DNA of 55,735 nt from an uncultured virus (IMG/VR IMGVR_UViG_3300025127_000014) (Duplodnaviria > Heunggongvirae > Uroviricota > Caudoviricetes). Position 1 is the stretch's first letter, and each line of letters begins with the position of its first letter. The DNA is taken from IMG/VR virus record IMGVR_UViG_3300025127_000014; one strand, written 5' to 3'. A program made the position numbers and the translations under genes. Positions 54,618 to 55,735 of the stretch are shown here, in pieces. Under the pieces are notes generated by a model. The model ran no database searches, was not told where the DNA came from, and saw nothing but the letters and a program-made list of their open reading frames with translations.

Positions 54618-54672
54618 CTGACATTCTCTTGACAACTTAGTTGTTGACTTTTACCCTCGCGGGTGTTATATT
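54618..54672 (+). promoter_or_regulatory. Triple-box promoter 12
   Basis: CTGACA 54618, TTGACA 54629, TTGACT 54644, TATATT 54667. Confidence 0.85.
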
Positions 54673-54701
54673 ATAAGTATAGAAAGAAAGGAGATTATTC
54701 T

Positions 54702-54923
54702 ATGGCTTCACAACTTGATTCTGTTATCCTCTGGTCCGATGCTGTCGAGCAGTTTACTGAGATGATCCTTCCGATGATCGAAGTTAGCGAGCAGCGCCTT
54801 GGGCACGTTGACATTCCTGCACGCTCCGAAGCATGGAGCAACTACGCGGATCAGCTTCATGCTGAAGAAGTGATCAGTGATTGGCAAGTAGAAAACTGGG
54901 AGCATCCACCATGCTGCGACTGA
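54702..54923 (+). CDS. Phage hypothetical protein (D.PARSEAWSNYAD.L...ISDWQ..NW.HP)
   Basis: AAGGAG then ATG 54702. Confidence 0.8.
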   Translation: MASQLDSVILWSDAVEQFTEMILPMIEVSEQRLGHVDIPARSEAWSNYADQLHAEEVISDWQVENWEHPPCCD

Positions 54924-55045
54924 AACAGAAAAAGCTGGGCCTGATCCCTGCACATCTGGTATCGCCTGAGTTTGTGAGACTGATGATAAAACTTGACGCT
55001 ATTTTGCTCGCTTGTCTTGTCCTCTTTTCGCAAACTATCCCCTGA
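54911..55045 (+). CDS. 44-aa peptide with hydrophobic C-terminus
   Basis: GGGAG RBS; stop in promoter box 1. Confidence 0.5.
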   Translation: MLRLKQKKLGLIPAHLVSPEFVRLMIKLDAILLACLVLFSQTIP

Positions 55046-55096
55046 CACTCTCTTGACAACTTAGTTGTTGACTTTTCCCCATTTTTCAAGTATAAT
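55042..55096 (+). promoter_or_regulatory. Triple-box promoter 13
   Basis: CTGACA 55042, TTGACA 55053, TTGACT 55068, TATAAT 55091. Confidence 0.85.
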
Positions 55097-55124
55097 ATAG
55101 TATATCAAGTTAGGAGATATATAC

Positions 55125-55460
55125 ATGCAAAGAGCTATCGATCAAATCAAAATCCAGACCGCTAAACAGTACAAGCCTGCACCTGCACCGCCAACGCGCA
55201 AGCAAATCGACGGCTGGCACGTCGAGCAGGTTGGCCCGCAAATGTGGGTAGTATTCCGCAACTCACGCACGCAAGGCAAGCAGGCCGTTATGGACTTTCC
55301 TGATCCTTCTTGGGCGGAGTCTTTCGCTGCCGGTTGCAACGCCGAGCACAAGAACCCGACGCGCATGAGCGCCGCAAGCCTGAAGCGCAAGAACAAAGAG
55401 CACTTGACTGAAGATGACAAGGCTGCGCTTGCTGCTCTCCAAGATGGCGAAGGTATCTAA
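55125..55460 (+). CDS. Hypothetical protein
   Basis: AGGAG RBS after promoter 13. Confidence 0.8.
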   Translation: MQRAIDQIKIQTAKQYKPAPAPPTRKQIDGWHVEQVGPQMWVVFRNSRTQGKQAVMDFPDPSWAESFAAGCNAEHKNPTRMSAASLKRKNKEHLTEDDKAALAALQDGEGI

Positions 55461-55735
55461 TCAACTCGCTAAGGCGAGATAGCCCAATCAAACCCGAAAC
55501 CCTAACAGCGTTTAAACGCGAGAGGTCAAGATAATGAAAACCCCCAACTACATAGGCCGGTAACTGCGGCGGGCTTGGTTAAGTCGCAGAGGAACTATTC
55601 CCACCCATGAGGCGAAGCACGCCGAGGTTAAAGATAATGAAGTTCCGACACTAATGGCTATAAGAGGATTAGCCACCCTCATAACAAAATGAGACACTCG
55701 AAAGGGCCGCGAGTATAAACAAAGATCCCCCTTTT
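55461..55735 (+). ncRNA. Candidate structured RNA / hairpin-rich non-coding region (runs off window)
   Basis: At least six short hairpins and a duplicated GAGGT..AAGATAATGAA motif; no long ORF. Confidence 0.4.

Noticed and set aside
18597..54701. Longest-ORF starts in the track (e.g. 18597, 39263, 43510, 45025, 46496, 47911, 48834, 54424, 54663)
   Set aside because: They lie within promoters or upstream genes; downstream starts with a clear SD or promoter context were used instead
43477..55096. CRISPR array or integron attC array
   Set aside because: Repeats are degenerate promoters separated by 0.16-1.8 kb of genes; no constant spacers, attC core sites, cas or integrase genes in the window
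1474..55491. Minus-strand and nested alternative-frame ORFs in the track
   Set aside because: They overlap well-supported + strand genes and lack RBSs and motifs; treated as shadow ORFs
1..55735. Stop-codon reassignment
   Set aside because: TAA, TAG and TGA all end recognisable full-length genes; no suppressor tRNA seen

Overview
Fragment of a large dsDNA bacteriophage genome. Every credible gene is on the + strand, densely packed, often with overlapping start and stop codons. The host cannot be assigned from sequence alone. 1-30.8 kb is a replication, metabolism and proteostasis block: family A polymerase C-terminus, divergent tubulin/FtsZ-like protein, gp32-like SSB, RecA, UvsE, 5'-3' exonuclease, DnaB-like helicase, class II RNR, GroES, amidase endolysin, DnaE, HPD (J-domain-like) protein, a GHKL ATPase/nuclease/adenine MTase trio, IMPDH-family enzyme, stand-alone sigma-4 HTH, ClpP, GroEL, cupin and eukaryote-type phosphomannomutase. 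30.9-38.3 kb holds probable late/virion genes, several preceded by an ACTA(T/A)TTA motif. 39-55.7 kb is an accessory region with six tRNAs, including a rare Ile(UAU) near an Ile2-like CAU tRNA, a MoxR + vWA/HExxH pair and many small ORFs. Most unusual features: (i) 13 copies of a promoter with three TGAC boxes at invariant 11/15-nt spacing that divide the region into cassettes; (ii) about 20 short 'MKVGDLV...LEVV' SH3/KOW-like genes whose junction DNA encodes C-terminus, Shine-Dalgarno, next start and previous stop at once; (iii) two covarying H-type pseudoknots just after stop codons near 2.2 and 2.5 kb; (iv) a hairpin-rich tail at the window end. Family assignments come from motif recognition by eye; no database searches were run.
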